From positions 40,612,001-40,676,000 of the forward strand of contig NC_086108.1 in assembly GCF_963921235.1 (NCBI RefSeq): a stretch of 64,000 nucleotides of DNA. The letters are read 5' to 3'. Under the pieces are notes generated by a model, which saw only the letters and a program-made list of their open reading frames with translations, was not told the DNA's origin and did no database searches. Each line of letters begins with the position of its first letter. Positions within the stretch are counted from its first letter, which is position 1. Shown piece after piece: positions 14,160 through 25,972 of this stretch. Source of the stretch: Mobula hypostoma. Its lineage: Eukaryota. The translations under genes and the position numbers were made by a program.

Positions 14160-14490
14160 TCAACCCTCCCCCCCAACTTCCTCCATTCCCCACTCTGACC
14201 TTTTACCTCTTCTCACCTACCTATCACTTCCTCCTGGGTCCCCTCCTTCTTCCCTTTCTCCTATGGTCCACTCTCTTCTCCGATTAGATTCCTTCTTCTC
14301 CAGCCCTTTACCTTTCCCACACACCTGGCTTCAACTATCCTCCTTCCCCTCTCCCCACCTTTTTATTCTGGCATCTTCCACCTTCCTTCTCAATCCTGAA
14401 GGAGGCTTTCAGCCTGAAACAGCAACTGTTTATCCATTTCCATAGATGCTGCCTGACCTGCTGAGTTCCCCAGGCAGGTGTGTGTTGCAC
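14160..14490 (+). mobile_element. Penelope-like 3' terminal repeat fragment
   Basis: Pyrimidine-rich UTR, degenerate hammerhead (cctgaaggaggctttcagcctgaaac) and catagatgctgcctgacctgctgagttc end. Confidence 0.75.
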
Positions 14491-16503
14491 AGCAGTGCTG
14501 GATACTGTGGATCCCTCATAGAAAATAAAGCTCAACAACAAAAATACCCCAGGAAAGAAAGAACCAGCATTTTGATAATTGTTCAAAAACTCAAGACGTC
14601 CTTTAGCCCTTGTTTGTTGATGAGGTATCTGTAAAGTGTGGTCTTGGTCGAGATGTAAAAAGCCCAAATGACATTTTGCCACACATCAGCATTGATGGTG
14701 ACCAGATGATCTGCTTTTAGTGATGTTGATCTTGGATGACTATCATGCTCTGACTGGAATGCTGTCAGAGATAGGTCAGTGAGTATGTGCTCTGTATTCT
14801 GTAGATAGCCAAATGTGCTAGTGATGGAAAGGCCACCATTGAGTCCATGGGCACTGATATCGAATAAGTACATTAAAGGCTAACTTTGATTACCCTGAAA
14901 AAAATGTGCATGGACTTTGGTACATGACTATCTCACACCATCAGTAGCTAGGGATAGAAAACAACAGTAGTAGGGAGCCAAGACCCTGAGTGGCCAGATC
15001 CAGTTGGAGATGCCTGCATATTTTAAGTTTGACTAGAGCAGAGACGATGAACCATGGCAAAAGTGAATCCGACCTGGAAAATAGTGAAAGCATAACATGG
15101 CAGAAAATGGGCTGTGTGATTCCTCTTCACTCATGTGTCCTGGCTCCTTGGCGGTATTTACTATTATCCTTATCCCTTGAAAGGGTGGTGGTGAACTCTC
15201 TGTGCTTTAAGTATTCCCACCATGTTGTTTGGGAGCTCCTGAAATTTGACTTGTAGATTGTAATGTTACTATTTACTGCTGTCCCCATCTCTCAGGGTGA
15301 CAGTGCACACAGAAATATACGATGCTTTTAAAGAAACCTTTCCAAGTCACCATAGTGTTTCTATATGATACCCATTGCAGACACCTTGCGTAATTACTTC
15401 AAAAACAAGATTTTTTTAGTTGATGAATTGGGTGCCAATCAAGTGGGCAGTGTTGTTCTGGCGAACTGGCTGAATCCTCTCAGAAAGTGCTGGAGGAGTT
15501 AAAAGATGGTCACTTACTTCAGAATAGTCAGCATCTAACTTGCTCCTGTAGCTAGATACAGTGTCTATAAAAAGTATTCACTCCCCTTGGAAGTTTTCAT
15601 GTTTTATTGTTTTATAAAATAGAATCACAATGGATTTAATTCGGCTTTTTTTGACACTGATCAACAGAAAAAGTCTTGATCTATATTAATTACAAATATA
15701 AAACAAAAATAATTAATTGCATACGTATTTATCCTTTTCAATATGACACACCAAATCATCACCGGTGTAGCCAATTGGTTTTAGAAGTTATATCATGAAG
15801 ACCTGAGAGAGGCTGGTCCTGGCTCACCTCCAACCCCTGGTCAGATCAGCCTTCAATCCCCTGTAGTTTGCCCACCAGGAGTACATTGCAGTCGATGATG
15901 CTGTCATCTACCTGCTGAACAGAGCCTACTCCCATTTGGATAAGCAGGGCAGCACCGTGAGGACCACGTTTTTTGATTTCTCAAGTGCTTTCAATACTAT
16001 ACAGCCCTCATTGCTGGGGGAAAAGCTCCATTCAATGCAGGTTAGCACTTCCATTTTGTCCTGGATAATGGGCTACCTGACTGGCAGACTACAGTTTGTG
16101 TGGCTTCAGAGCTGTGTGCCAGACATGGCAATAAGCGGCACTGGGGCCCCACAGGGGACTATATTGGCTTCCTTCCTGCTTATCCTGTATACCTCAGACT
16201 GTAGATACAACGCTAAGTCATGTCATCTGCAGAAATTCTCTGATGACTCAGCAATAGTTGGGTATATAAAAGGAGGACGAGATGATGAGTACAGGACCCT
16301 GGTGGAGGATTTTGTCAAATGGTTCAAGCTGAATCATCTGCAGATCAGCATCAGTAGAGAAAAGAAATGGTGATGGACTTTAGGAAGACGAAATCTGCAC
16401 TGCTCTCTGTTACTATTGATGGTGAGGAGTAGATATGTGAGGACCTACCAGTACCTGGGGGTGCACCTGAATGACAGACTCGAGTGGAGTACCAACACAG
16501 AGG

Positions 16504-17236
16504 TTTCAATTAATAGGTTTCAATAGGTACATTTAATGTCAGAGAAATGTATGCAATATACATCCCGAAATTCTTTTTCTTCGCAAACATCCATGAAAAC
16601 AGAGGAGTGCCCCAAAGGATGGATGACAGTTAAATGTTAGAACCCCAAAACCACCCAGCCCCCCCCCTACCCATGCACAAGCAGCAGCAAAGGCTGCTCG
16701 TTCACCTGGTAATTCAACATACCACAGACTCTCTCTCTCCTTAATAAGAAAAAAAGAGGTGTCCCCTTTTCACAGCGAGAGAGGAGACATAATAAAACAA
16801 CTTGCTGACTTATGGTGTTAAAAGACTGTTGTGTCGCTTTTTCTGAGCTCTGTGCCCAAAGAACTCGGGTCCCTGGGCACACAACCAGCAGCCAGCTCGT
16901 TGCTTTCAACCTTACATGTAGTCCCAGGACACATCAGGTGGCAGGACAGGTCTTGAATCAGCTGGTCTCCAGAGCCATGAAAATCCAACACCCTGAAGGC
17001 GTGCCGGCCTTCCAGGCCGCGTCATTGACATATCAAAAAGCAGCCGGTCGTGAGAACCTGTGAGCGGGTCCCATTTCCACAAAGAACCGAAGTTAGCGTG
17101 TAACTCCAGGTCAGTGTCTTCAAAAGAACCTTGAAAGGGAAAAAAAGAGCTATCAAAGATTGAAATAGCTGTTTCTGAAGATGCAAGCAAAGGAGTTGCC
17201 GTTAGGCATCATCATCTTTCTAAGCTCCACCCTAAG
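16504..17236 (-). mobile_element. Non-autonomous LINE-like/SINE-like element (family also at 18059 and 32340)
   Basis: Inserted within the Rex RT at NTE|AV. Shares long similarity with 18059-18892 and, in opposite orientation, with 32340-32712. No coding motifs. Confidence 0.7.
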
Positions 17237-17439
17237 CTGTGTGCATAAAGGGCCAGAGTCGTCTCTACTTCCTGAGGAGACTGAGGTCCTTTGGAGTATG
17301 TAGTCCTCTCTTTCACATGTCCTACCAATCTGTTGTCACCAGTACAACCTTCTATGTGGTGGTGTGCTGGGGCAATGGCATCAACAAGGGTGATGCCAAC
17401 AGGCTTAATAAACTGATTAAAAAGCTGACTCTATTATAG

Positions 17440-18048
17440 CAAGATCTCCCAGTGGCCACACATTTTAATTCCACGTCCCATTCCCATTCTGATATGTCTA
17501 TCCACGGCCTCCTCTACTGTAAAGATGAAGTCACACTCAGGTTGGAGGAACAACACCTTATATTCCGTCTGGGTAGCCTCCAACCTGATGGCATGAACAT
17601 TGACTTCTCAAACTTCCGCTAATGCCCTACCTCCCCCTCGTACCCCATCCGTTATTTATTTATATACACACATTCTTTTTCTTTCTCTTCTTTTTCTCCC
17701 TCTGTCCTTCTCACTATACCCCTTGCCCGTCCTCTGGGTTTTCCCCCTCCCCCTTTTCTTTCTCCTTAGGCCTCCTGTCCCATGATCCTCTCATATCCCT
17801 CTTGCCAATCAACTGTCCAGCTCTTGGCTCCATCCCCCGCCGCCCTGTCTTCTATCATTTTGGATATCCCCTCCCCCTCCCACTTTCAAATCTCTTACTA
17901 GCTCTTCTTTCAGTTTGTCCTGACGAAGGGTCTCAGCCCGAAACGTCAACTGTACCTCTTCCTAGAGATGCTGCCAGGCCTGCTGCGTTCACCAGCAACT
18001 TTTATGTGTGTTGCTTGAAATTCCAGCATCTGCAGATTTCCTCGTGTT
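17440..18048 (+). mobile_element. Penelope-like element 3' end (GIY-YIG C-terminus plus terminal repeat with hammerhead motif)
   Basis: Translates to DLPVATHFNSTSHSHSDMSIHGLLYC...RLEEQHLIFRLGSLQPDGMNIDFSNFR*. Flanked by a 10-bp TSD tctattatag (17430-17439) / tctgttatag (18049-18058). Confidence 0.9.
17911..17952 (+). ncRNA. Minimal type I hammerhead ribozyme motif (Penelope-associated)
   Basis: CTGACGA (17920-17926), A, GGG tctcag CCC (stem II), GAAA (17940-17943), CGTC, then aactg complementary to upstream cagtt (stem I). Confidence 0.65.
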
Positions 18049-18058
18049 TCTGTTATAG

Positions 18059-18892
18059 TTTCTTTAGGTTCATTTACCAACAGAGAAATGTACAAAATAT
18101 ACATCCTGAAATTCTTTTTCTTCACTGACATCCACAAAAACAGAGGAGTGCTCCAAAGAATGAATGACAGTTAAACATTAGAAACCCAAAGCCCCCCTTC
18201 CCCAGCTCACCTCTCCCACACACAAGCAGCAGCAAGGCAACGACCCTCCCACCACCCCACCAGCAAAACGCATCAGCGCCCTCCACCAAGCACTCAGCCG
18301 TGCAGCAAGCATCAATAAAGACACAGACTTGCAGTGCCCCAAAGAATAGTAGTTCACCCAGTAATTCGACATACCACAGACTCTCCCGAATAAGGGAAAA
18401 AGAAGTGTCCCCGTTTCACAGCAAGAGGGAGACTTAACAAACAACTCACAACTCACAGATTTACGATGTTAAAGGTCTGTTGTGTCACTTTTTTCGTGCT
18501 CTGCACCCAGAGACTTGGCCCCAGAAAGGCGCAGTTCTTCGGACACACAACCCACAGCAGCTAATCTGCTGCTCCTGATGTTCTGTGTTCTCTCACGACA
18601 CTTCATCCAGGGGCACCGGCCTAGAATCAGCCCGTCTCCAGAGGCACGAAAGCGTGTTAGTCTTCCAGGCCGCATCCTTGGGATATCAAAAAGCAGCTGG
18701 TCGTGAAGCCCTGGTAGCGGGTCCTATTCCCGCAAAAGACCAAAGTTAGAGTTTATCTCCAGGTCAGGATCTTCAAAAAAATTTTGAAAAGGAAAAAAAA
18801 GATATAAAAGCTAGAAACCGAGCTGTTTCCAAAGATGCAAGCAGAGGAGTCGCAATTTAGCGCCATCATCACTTTGCTCCACCCCTCCGAAG
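18059..18892 (-). mobile_element. Non-autonomous LINE-like/SINE-like element (second copy)
   Basis: Homologous to 16504-17236. The minus-strand 5' end carries gatgatggcg (YY1-like). Confidence 0.7.
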
Positions 18893-19180
18893 TAGAAGTC
18901 AAACTTGACACACTGTAGGCTGTGGTAGAGCAAAGGACCCTATGGAAAATCCAGGCAATTCTGGGCAATGTTTCTCACCCTCTGCATGCCACCTTGACTA
19001 AACTGAGGAGCACTTTTAGTAATAGACTAAGACAACTGCACTGCTCCAGAGAGCACTATTTGAGGTCATTCTTACCCTCGGCTATTAGAAAGGGTCAACC
19101 TATAGTTGGGGAAGTAATGACCCCCTCCCGTAAGACTGTTTGAGGTAACTCATTTTTTATTCCTTCTTACTTCTCCTCTT

Positions 19181-19570
19181 ATAGACAATAGACAATAGGT
19201 GCAGGAGTAGGCCATTCAACCCTTCGAGCCAGCACCACCATTCACTGTGATCATGGCTGATCATCCACAATCAGTACCCTTTTCCTGCCTTCTCCCCATA
19301 TCCCTTCACTCTGCTATCTTTAAGAGCTCTATCTAACTCCTTTTTGAAAGAATCCAGAGAACTGGTCTCCACTGCCTTCTGAGACAGAGCATGCCACAGA
19401 ACCACAACCCTGTCTGTATCTTGTTTTACGGCGGTTGGCATCCAGCTTAATGGTGCATTACCGCCACCCTCTGCTCCGGAATGTGCACTAGACATACATT
19501 CTAAATCCCTTAAAACCACAACCCTCTGTGTGAAAAAGTTTTTCCTCAACTCCGTTCTAAATTGTCTACA
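19181..19570 (-). mobile_element. CR1 3' end nested in the Rex LINE 3' UTR
   Basis: Minus-strand FRTELRKNFFTQRVV...LWHALSQKAVETSSLDSFKKELDRAL; tail atagacaatagacaatag. Confidence 0.85.
19412..19513 (-). mobile_element. 102-bp LINE 3' tail (probably I/Nimb clade) inserted in the CR1 fragment
   Basis: 12-bp TSD aaccacaaccct at 19400-19411 and 19514-19525. The minus strand has a ggtggcggtaatgcacc...aaccgcc stem-loop, recalled as an I/Nimb 3' motif. Confidence 0.6.
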
Positions 19571-21107
19571 AATTATATTTGTATATCTGTGCACATGTAA
19601 TGCTACTGTGACACTGTATATACATTTAGGATTAATAAATTCTCTATCTAATTAGTTAAATGGAGATCACCTGTGTGTAGCCACAGTGTTTCAATTGATT
19701 GTAGTAAAAATATACCTGTATCTGGAAGGTCCAACTGCTGGTGTGTCAGTATCCTGACGAAAACCACACTTCAAGCAACTCCGCAAAAAGGTTCTTGAAA
19801 AGCACAAGTCAGCAGATGGGTATGAGAAAGTTTCCAAGTCTTTGAATATCCCTTGGAATACAGTTAAGTCAATCATCAAGAAATGGAAAGAATATGCCTA
19901 GAACAGGCCGTCCTCAAAAACTGAATGACCATGCAAGACCGAGACTAGTGAGGAAAGCCATCACACAGCTCTGGAGGAGTTACAAGCTTCAGTGGCTGAG
20001 ATGGGAGAGACTGTGCATACAACAACCGTTACCAAGTGCTTCACCAGTCGCAGCTTTATGGGAGAGTGGCAAAGAGGAAGCCATTATTGAAAAAAACTCA
20101 CATGAAATCTTGGCTAGAGTTTGCCAGAAAGCATATGGGAGACTCTGAAGTCAGCTGGAAGAAGGTTCTATGGTCTGATGAAACCAAAATTGAGCTTTTT
20201 TCCCTTCAGATTAAATGCTACGTTTGGTGTAAGCCAAACACAGCACATCATCAAAAACGCACCACATCTACCGTGAAGCATGGTGGTGATTGCATTATGC
20301 TGTGGAGATGCTTCATTGCAGCAGACAGTGGAAGGCTTGTGAAGGTAGAGGATAAAATGAATACAGCAAGATACAGGAAATCCTAAAACCTAATGCAGCT
20401 TGCAAGGGAACTGCGACTTGGGAGAAGATTTGTTTTCCAGCAAGATAATGACCCCAAGCATAAAGCCAAAGCTCCATAGTAGTGGCTTAAAAACAACAAA
20501 GTTAATGTCCTGGAGTTGTTACGTAAAAGTCCAGACCTCAATCCAACTGAGAAGTTGTGCCTGGACTTGAAAAGAGCTGTTCTCTCATGATCCCTATGCA
20601 TTCTGACAGAGCTTGAGCAGTTTTGTAAAGAAGAATGGGGAAAAATTGCAGTGTCCAGATGTGCAAAGTTGATAGAGACCTATCCACACAGACCCAAGGC
20701 AGTAATTGATGCCAAAGGTACATCTACTAAATACTGACTTGAATGAGGTGAATACTTATGCAATAAATTATTTTCTTTTTTTATATTTGTAATTAATTTA
20801 GATCACTTTGTAATGATCCATTTTTACTTTGACTTGAAAGAGTCTGTTTCTGTTGATCAGTGTCAAAAAAAGACAAATTACATCCATTGTGGTTCAATGT
20901 TTTAAAACAATAAAACATGAAAACTTACAAGGGGTGTGAATACTTTTTATAGGCATTGTATGCGTCATTCATCAAGTCAGGTCTCTGATCGGTGTGATTT
21001 GATGACAGGGATAGAGCTAAGTTTTAAAAAAAAGAAAATGTTTTAGACTTTCTCTTGTTCAAGATGATTATAGCTGGCATTTATATGACAGTTGTCTAGC
21101 ACTAATC

Positions 21108-22213
21108 ACTCATTAGCACTCAGATCTGCAGCTGGGTCTTCAACTTCCGCACAGACAAGACCCAGGCTGTAAAAATAGGGGACAAGCTCTCCTCTACAAT
21201 CACTCTGAGAACCGGTGCCCCACAAGGCTCTGTACTCAGCCACCTGCTGTACTCACTGTACACCTATGATTGTGTAGCCAAGTTTCCATCAAATTCAATA
21301 TATAAGTTTGCTGATGACATCACAATTGTAGGCCGTATCTCAGGTAATGATAAGTTTGAGTACAGAGTGGAAATTAAGAACCTGGTGGCATGGTGCGAAG
21401 ACAATAACCTATCCCTCAACATCAGCAAGACGAAGGTATTGGTTGTTGACTTCAGAAGGAGTAGCGGACCACATGACCCAATTTACATCAGTGGTGCGCA
21501 AGTGGAACAGGTCAAAAGCTTCAAGTTCCTCGGGGTCAATATCACAAATGACCTGACTTGGTCCAACCAAGCAGAGTCCACTGCCAAGAAGGCCCATCAG
21601 TGCCTTTACTTCCTGAGAAAGCTAAAGAAATTTGGTCTGTCCCCTAAAACCCTCACTAATTTTTATAGATGCACTGTAGAAAGTATTCTTCTAGGGTGCA
21701 TCACAACCTGGTGTGGAAGTTGTCCTGTCCAAGACTGAAAGAAGCTGCAGAAGATTGTGAACACAGCCCAGCACATCACACAAACCAATCTTACATCCTT
21801 GGACACACTTTACTCCACACGCTGTTGGAGCAGTGCTGCCAGGATAATCAAGGACATGACCCGTCCAGCCAACACACTTTTCATCCCTCTTCCCTCCGGG
21901 AGAAGGCTCAGGAGCTTGAAGGCTCGTATGGCCAGATTTGGGAACAGCTTCTTTCCAACTGTGATAAGACTGCTGAACGGATCCTGACCCGGATCTGGGC
22001 CGTACCCCCCAAATATCTGGACCTGCCTCTCTGTTTTTTTGCACTACCTTACTTTCCCTTTTCTATTTTCTATTTATGATTTATAATTTAAATTTTTACT
22101 ATATTATTATTGATTTGTACTCTAGGGAGCGGGAAGTGCAGAATCAGATATCACTGTGATGATTGTACGCTCTAGTATCAATTGTTTGGCGACAATAAAG
22201 CAAAGTAAAGTAA
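21108..22213 (+). mobile_element. Rex1/Babar LINE 3' fragment (relatively well preserved)
   Basis: TGAPQG, YKFADD, WCEDNNLSLNISKTKVLVVDFRR, FKFLGV and LPSGRRLRS motifs; tail aataaagcaaagtaaagtaa. Confidence 0.9.
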
Positions 22214-22499
22214 TCAGTCATGCTAGAACCCTATCCTTGTTTCATGTGGAAATGGATAGTTTCATTATCAGAGGAGTTTCAAATGGAACTGATCTTATGA
22301 TGGAGATTTGCTCACTGATGAAGATGAATGGGGCTAGCAAATTGCCCAGAAGTATTCTGCAACAATGTTGGGGGACTGAGATGATTGGTCTCCCGCAATC
22401 ACTATTTTCTTCCTTTGTGCGAACGGGGACACTAACCCTTCGTACCAAGTGGCTTAATTTTTTGCCCCAGGACCTGTAGCAGAGAAGTTTTTTTTACAC

Positions 22500-23125
22500 T
22501 AGCAATGTTGGCATTCATTTTGAGAGGACTAGAATATAAAATGTAAATGGTGCTTTATAATGCATTAGTCAGACTAAATTTGGAGTACAGTATTGTGAAT
22601 ATTTTTAGACCCTGTATCTAAGAAGGGATGTGCTGGCATTGGAGACGATCCAGAGGAGGTTTATGAGAATGATCCTGAGAATGAAATGGTTAATGTATGA
22701 GGAGCATTTGATGGCTCTGGGCCTGTAGTCACTGGAGTTTAGGAGAATGGGGGTGGGGTATCTCTTTAAAACCTATTGAATATTGAAAGGCCTAGTCTGA
22801 GTGGTCATGTTGACTGTGTTTCCATTAGTGGGAGAATCTAGAACCAGAGCATACAGCCTCAGAATACTAGGATGTTCCTTTAGAGCAGAGTTGAGGAGGA
22901 ATTTCTTCTGCGAAAGGGTGGTGAATCTGTGGAATTCATTGCCATAGGCAGCTGTGGAGGCCAAATCATTGGGCTATTTAAAGCAGAGGTTTATAGGTTC
23001 TTGATTAGTATGGGCATCAAAGGTTATGAGGACATGGCAGGAGAACAGGGTTGAGGCAGGATTCAATGGTGGAGGAGACTCAATGGGCCGAATGGCCTAA
23101 TTCTGTTCCTATGTTTTATGGTCTA
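22500..23125 (+). mobile_element. CR1 3' fragment
   Basis: LYNALVR, IQRRFMRMI and RNFFCERVVNLWNSLP remnants; tail aatgggccgaatggcctaattctgttcctatg. Confidence 0.85.
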
Positions 23126-23849
23126 ATCTAGAGACTATGATCAAATTTAAATCCATTAATCTAGAATAACAATTTGTTATCAATAACAGTGATGATTGAA
23201 CTAGTAAATAAACAGAATTCTGTTGTCGAGCTGTCTTTAGCATCTGAGGGTCTTGAGACAAAATTGGAAGAACTGTTCCATGGCTGTGTTTATGGGTGTT
23301 GCACTGGAAATCTTGGAAGTAAGAGAGAGTTCCTATAGTCAGCACGAGGTCCTCAAACAGTGTCAGAAGGCAGTGCAAGCAGGTCATTCATTCTCTTCAA
23401 AACTGGTCACAATGCTGCAAGAATGCAACTGAGCTCACAAATGAGGTCAAGGCATATCGTTGAATGTCATACATGATTACCGGGAGCCTCGTTAACTGCT
23501 CAGTCACCACAGCCCCATCAGAATGTCCTTGTATATCTTACCCTCACATCTCAACACTGCTGCAAGCTTTACTTGCACGTGTGTACCTAGTGGGTATTCA
23601 GCCATGACCACATCATCTAACAACCGCTCAGGAAATGCTAGTGGCCACACCCTGCCATTTGCCAGTTATTCTTCTGCTTTCTCCTTTTCGAATGCCTTAA
23701 GAACTGCCAGCAGGCCGGACAGTGGTAGATCAACATACAGAGCCAGCCAGGACCAGGGTGATTTGAGGGTATCCGTTACAGAGTCCTAGGACATGGACTT
23801 AGGTCCTCTGGCCTGCTATCCACACTGGCCCTCCAGCACCCATTACACT

Positions 23850-24100
23850 AATCCCAATTTATTCCCCCACATTACCCAGCTTCTACTACTTGCAATATCT
23901 ACTGAGGCCAGTCAGCCGAAAGCCAGCTCCTCTTTGGAATGTGGAAGGAAATGGGAACACAGTGGGGTGGGGGCCATTCTTACAGAGTCAAAATGAGAAC
24001 ATGCAGACTCCACACAGAGAACAGCGAGGTCAGGATTGAACCCCAAGTGACTGAGGCTATGAGGCAACAGCTTTACTAGATGTGCCACTGCGCCACCCTC
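23850..24100 (-). mobile_element. tRNA-derived SINE (V-SINE/HE1-like)
   Basis: Minus strand has an A-box-like gtggcgcagtgg, a B-box-like ggttcaatcc, then the tgtgtggagtctgcatgttctc core. Confidence 0.7.
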
Positions 24101-24481
24101 TATTCTATTTGCGACCCAGCAGTTTGGGACCCTCTTTGCCACAGTCACTGGATAGCATGGTGTTGGGGGAGCTGGAATAGGCAAAGGCACTAAAATATGT
24201 ACAAGTTCTGTACAATGAGTTGATATCTACAAACATGTGGTATGATTGGATTAGTAACATAAACTGGCTATGTTCATTTGATGATTTTTTTTTTCTGTTT
24301 GCACTGTGGTCAGACGCTGGTAGTGACCAAGTGAAGATGTGAACATCTGTTGGATAGGGAATTAAAGATGTGAGCATTTGTAGTCATTGATTCACTCAAC
24401 AGTGTCCTAAATGGACATTGAAGCTTTGGACACTACCTCACTTTTTGTAATATACAGTATTTCTGTTTTTGCACATCTTTT

Positions 24482-24830
24482 CAATCTTTTTATTAATTTC
24501 ATAGAATGAGAACATAAAGCAAAAATACAAGTAGTAGGAGATACATTGTTACACTTAAAATGAGATTGTAAAACCAAATAGTATAAATTGACGAAGCTCC
24601 CAATCATGTAGAATAACAATGAATAATACAAAGCAAAAAAAAAACTAGAAAAAATCATGAAAAAGAAAAAAAATAGAAAAAAACAAACCCAATCCCCAAA
24701 AACTAAACTAAACAGAATTAGTCAACTAAACTAAAAGACTTGGGCAATACTAACAACTTGAAAATGGGAAAGAAGAAAACCTTAGTGTCGACAACACCAT
24801 TCCTCTCAACCAACAGTACAGAGAAATAAA
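24482..24830 (-). mobile_element. L1/Tx1-like 3' tail inserted into a Rex-type tail (24408-25005)
   Basis: 9-bp TSD acatctttt at 24473-24481 and 24831-24839. The minus strand ends attaataaaaagattga. Confidence 0.6.
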
Positions 24831-25448
24831 ACATCTTTTTAAAATCTATTCAATATACGTAATTGATTTACTTGTTTCTTTATTAGGTTTTATTTTATTA
24901 TTTTTTCTCTCTCTGTTAGATTATGTATTGCATTGAACTGCTGCTGCTAAGTTAACAGATTTCACATCACATGCCAGTGATAATGAACCTGATTCTGATT
25001 CTGAATAGCAGATGTGAGCGCTATGAACTTATCAGGCTTTCCTCCTCTCTGTGACCATCAACACTGATGGCATGAACTGCCTGTCCTTGGTGTCCATGTT
25101 TGGAGCACATGGCAGACCACCATGTTCCTCCGAGCTTTATAGCACTTCTTCTCTATGATAGTGGCCACTTATCTCAAGTACTTCGTTATGGAGCACTGTA
25201 GGAACATGCTGAGATTGGGAAAGGTGCTCTATAAATCTAAATTTTATTGTTGAAAGAGATGTTGTTGCAGCATGCCAATAATCTGCTCCATCAGATGTCA
25301 TCCCATTTGTAATGTGCCTGTTGTCCATGTATGTGCTGGAGTAATCATCATCGGCATCTGTACGTCTTGAGAGATGATGGTGTGACACTGTTTCTGATGG
25401 TTCTCAGGGTTGTAGACAGGGCTATCTGCACTTCTAGAGTGGCTGTAC

Positions 25449-25972
25449 CAGACATCCCACCCTGCAAAAACTCATTTCAGGGAGGTAGCACCATCAATTT
25501 GCAGGAGACTCCCAGAACTTCCGGGAGAGGTGGGATGTCTGCAATAGAGTAGCACGTTAGCAGCTAGCCAGCTAGTTTAAGTAACGTTAGCTATGCTAAT
25601 GAACAAATGACACCTGTTAAACTCACCTCAGCATGTCTTTTACGGTCTTAACCCACCATGGGCAATAGAAAAGTCACTGTTGCAACAGGGGAAAGAGCAA
25701 CACTGTCATTATTTTCGACCCCTATTAGGCAGGGGTACACTTCAGTGTAGTCTGGGGTGATGTACGTTTTATATTTTCTTTTTTTGGAACACCCTGCCAT
25801 AGTGCTCTCTCTCTCTCTCGCTCGTGCTCTCTCGCTTTCTCTCTCACACTCTCTCACTCGCTCGCTCTCAAAAGAATCGATTTCCGGGATATTGTATACA
25901 ATTGCAGGCGTCAGGGAGCCACTATCAATATGCGGGAGACTCCCGGAACTTCCGGGAGAGGTGGGATGTCTG
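25449..25972 (-). mobile_element. Non-autonomous hAT-like DNA transposon with BED-finger remnant
   Basis: Perfect 13-bp TIRs CAGACATCCCACC / GGTGGGATGTCTG and a 6-bp TSD ctgtac (25443-25448, 25973-25978). Minus-strand remnant SKKRKYKTY...CNSDFSIAHGG..DRKRH followed by a gtgag donor. Confidence 0.75.

Larger units (their letters stand above)
15794..19649 (+). mobile_element. Rex1/Babar LINE, 5'-truncated, in four pieces (15794-16503, 17237-17439, ~18895-19180, ~19575-19649)
   Basis: RT motifs FFDFSSAFNTIQP, TGAPQGT, KFSDDSAIVG and GQSRLYFLRRLRSF continue across the insertions. Tail ggattaataaattctctatct. Confidence 0.9.
15559..20958 (+). mobile_element. Tc1-family DNA transposon (copy 1), defective, interrupted by a ~3.85 kb nested insertion at 15794-19649
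   Basis: TA TSDs at 15557-8 and 20959-60. Long (~200 bp) ITRs begin cagtgtctataaaaagtattcac and end gtgaatactttttataggcattg. Transposase remnants MPRTGRPQKL, KVLWSDETKIELF, VKHGGDCIMLW, FQQDNDPKH and SPDLNPTE. The halves rejoin to match copy 2. Confidence 0.95.

Noticed and set aside
25805..25870. (CT)n-rich tract and the RERESE ORF
   Set aside because: Simple microsatellite inside the hAT-like element.
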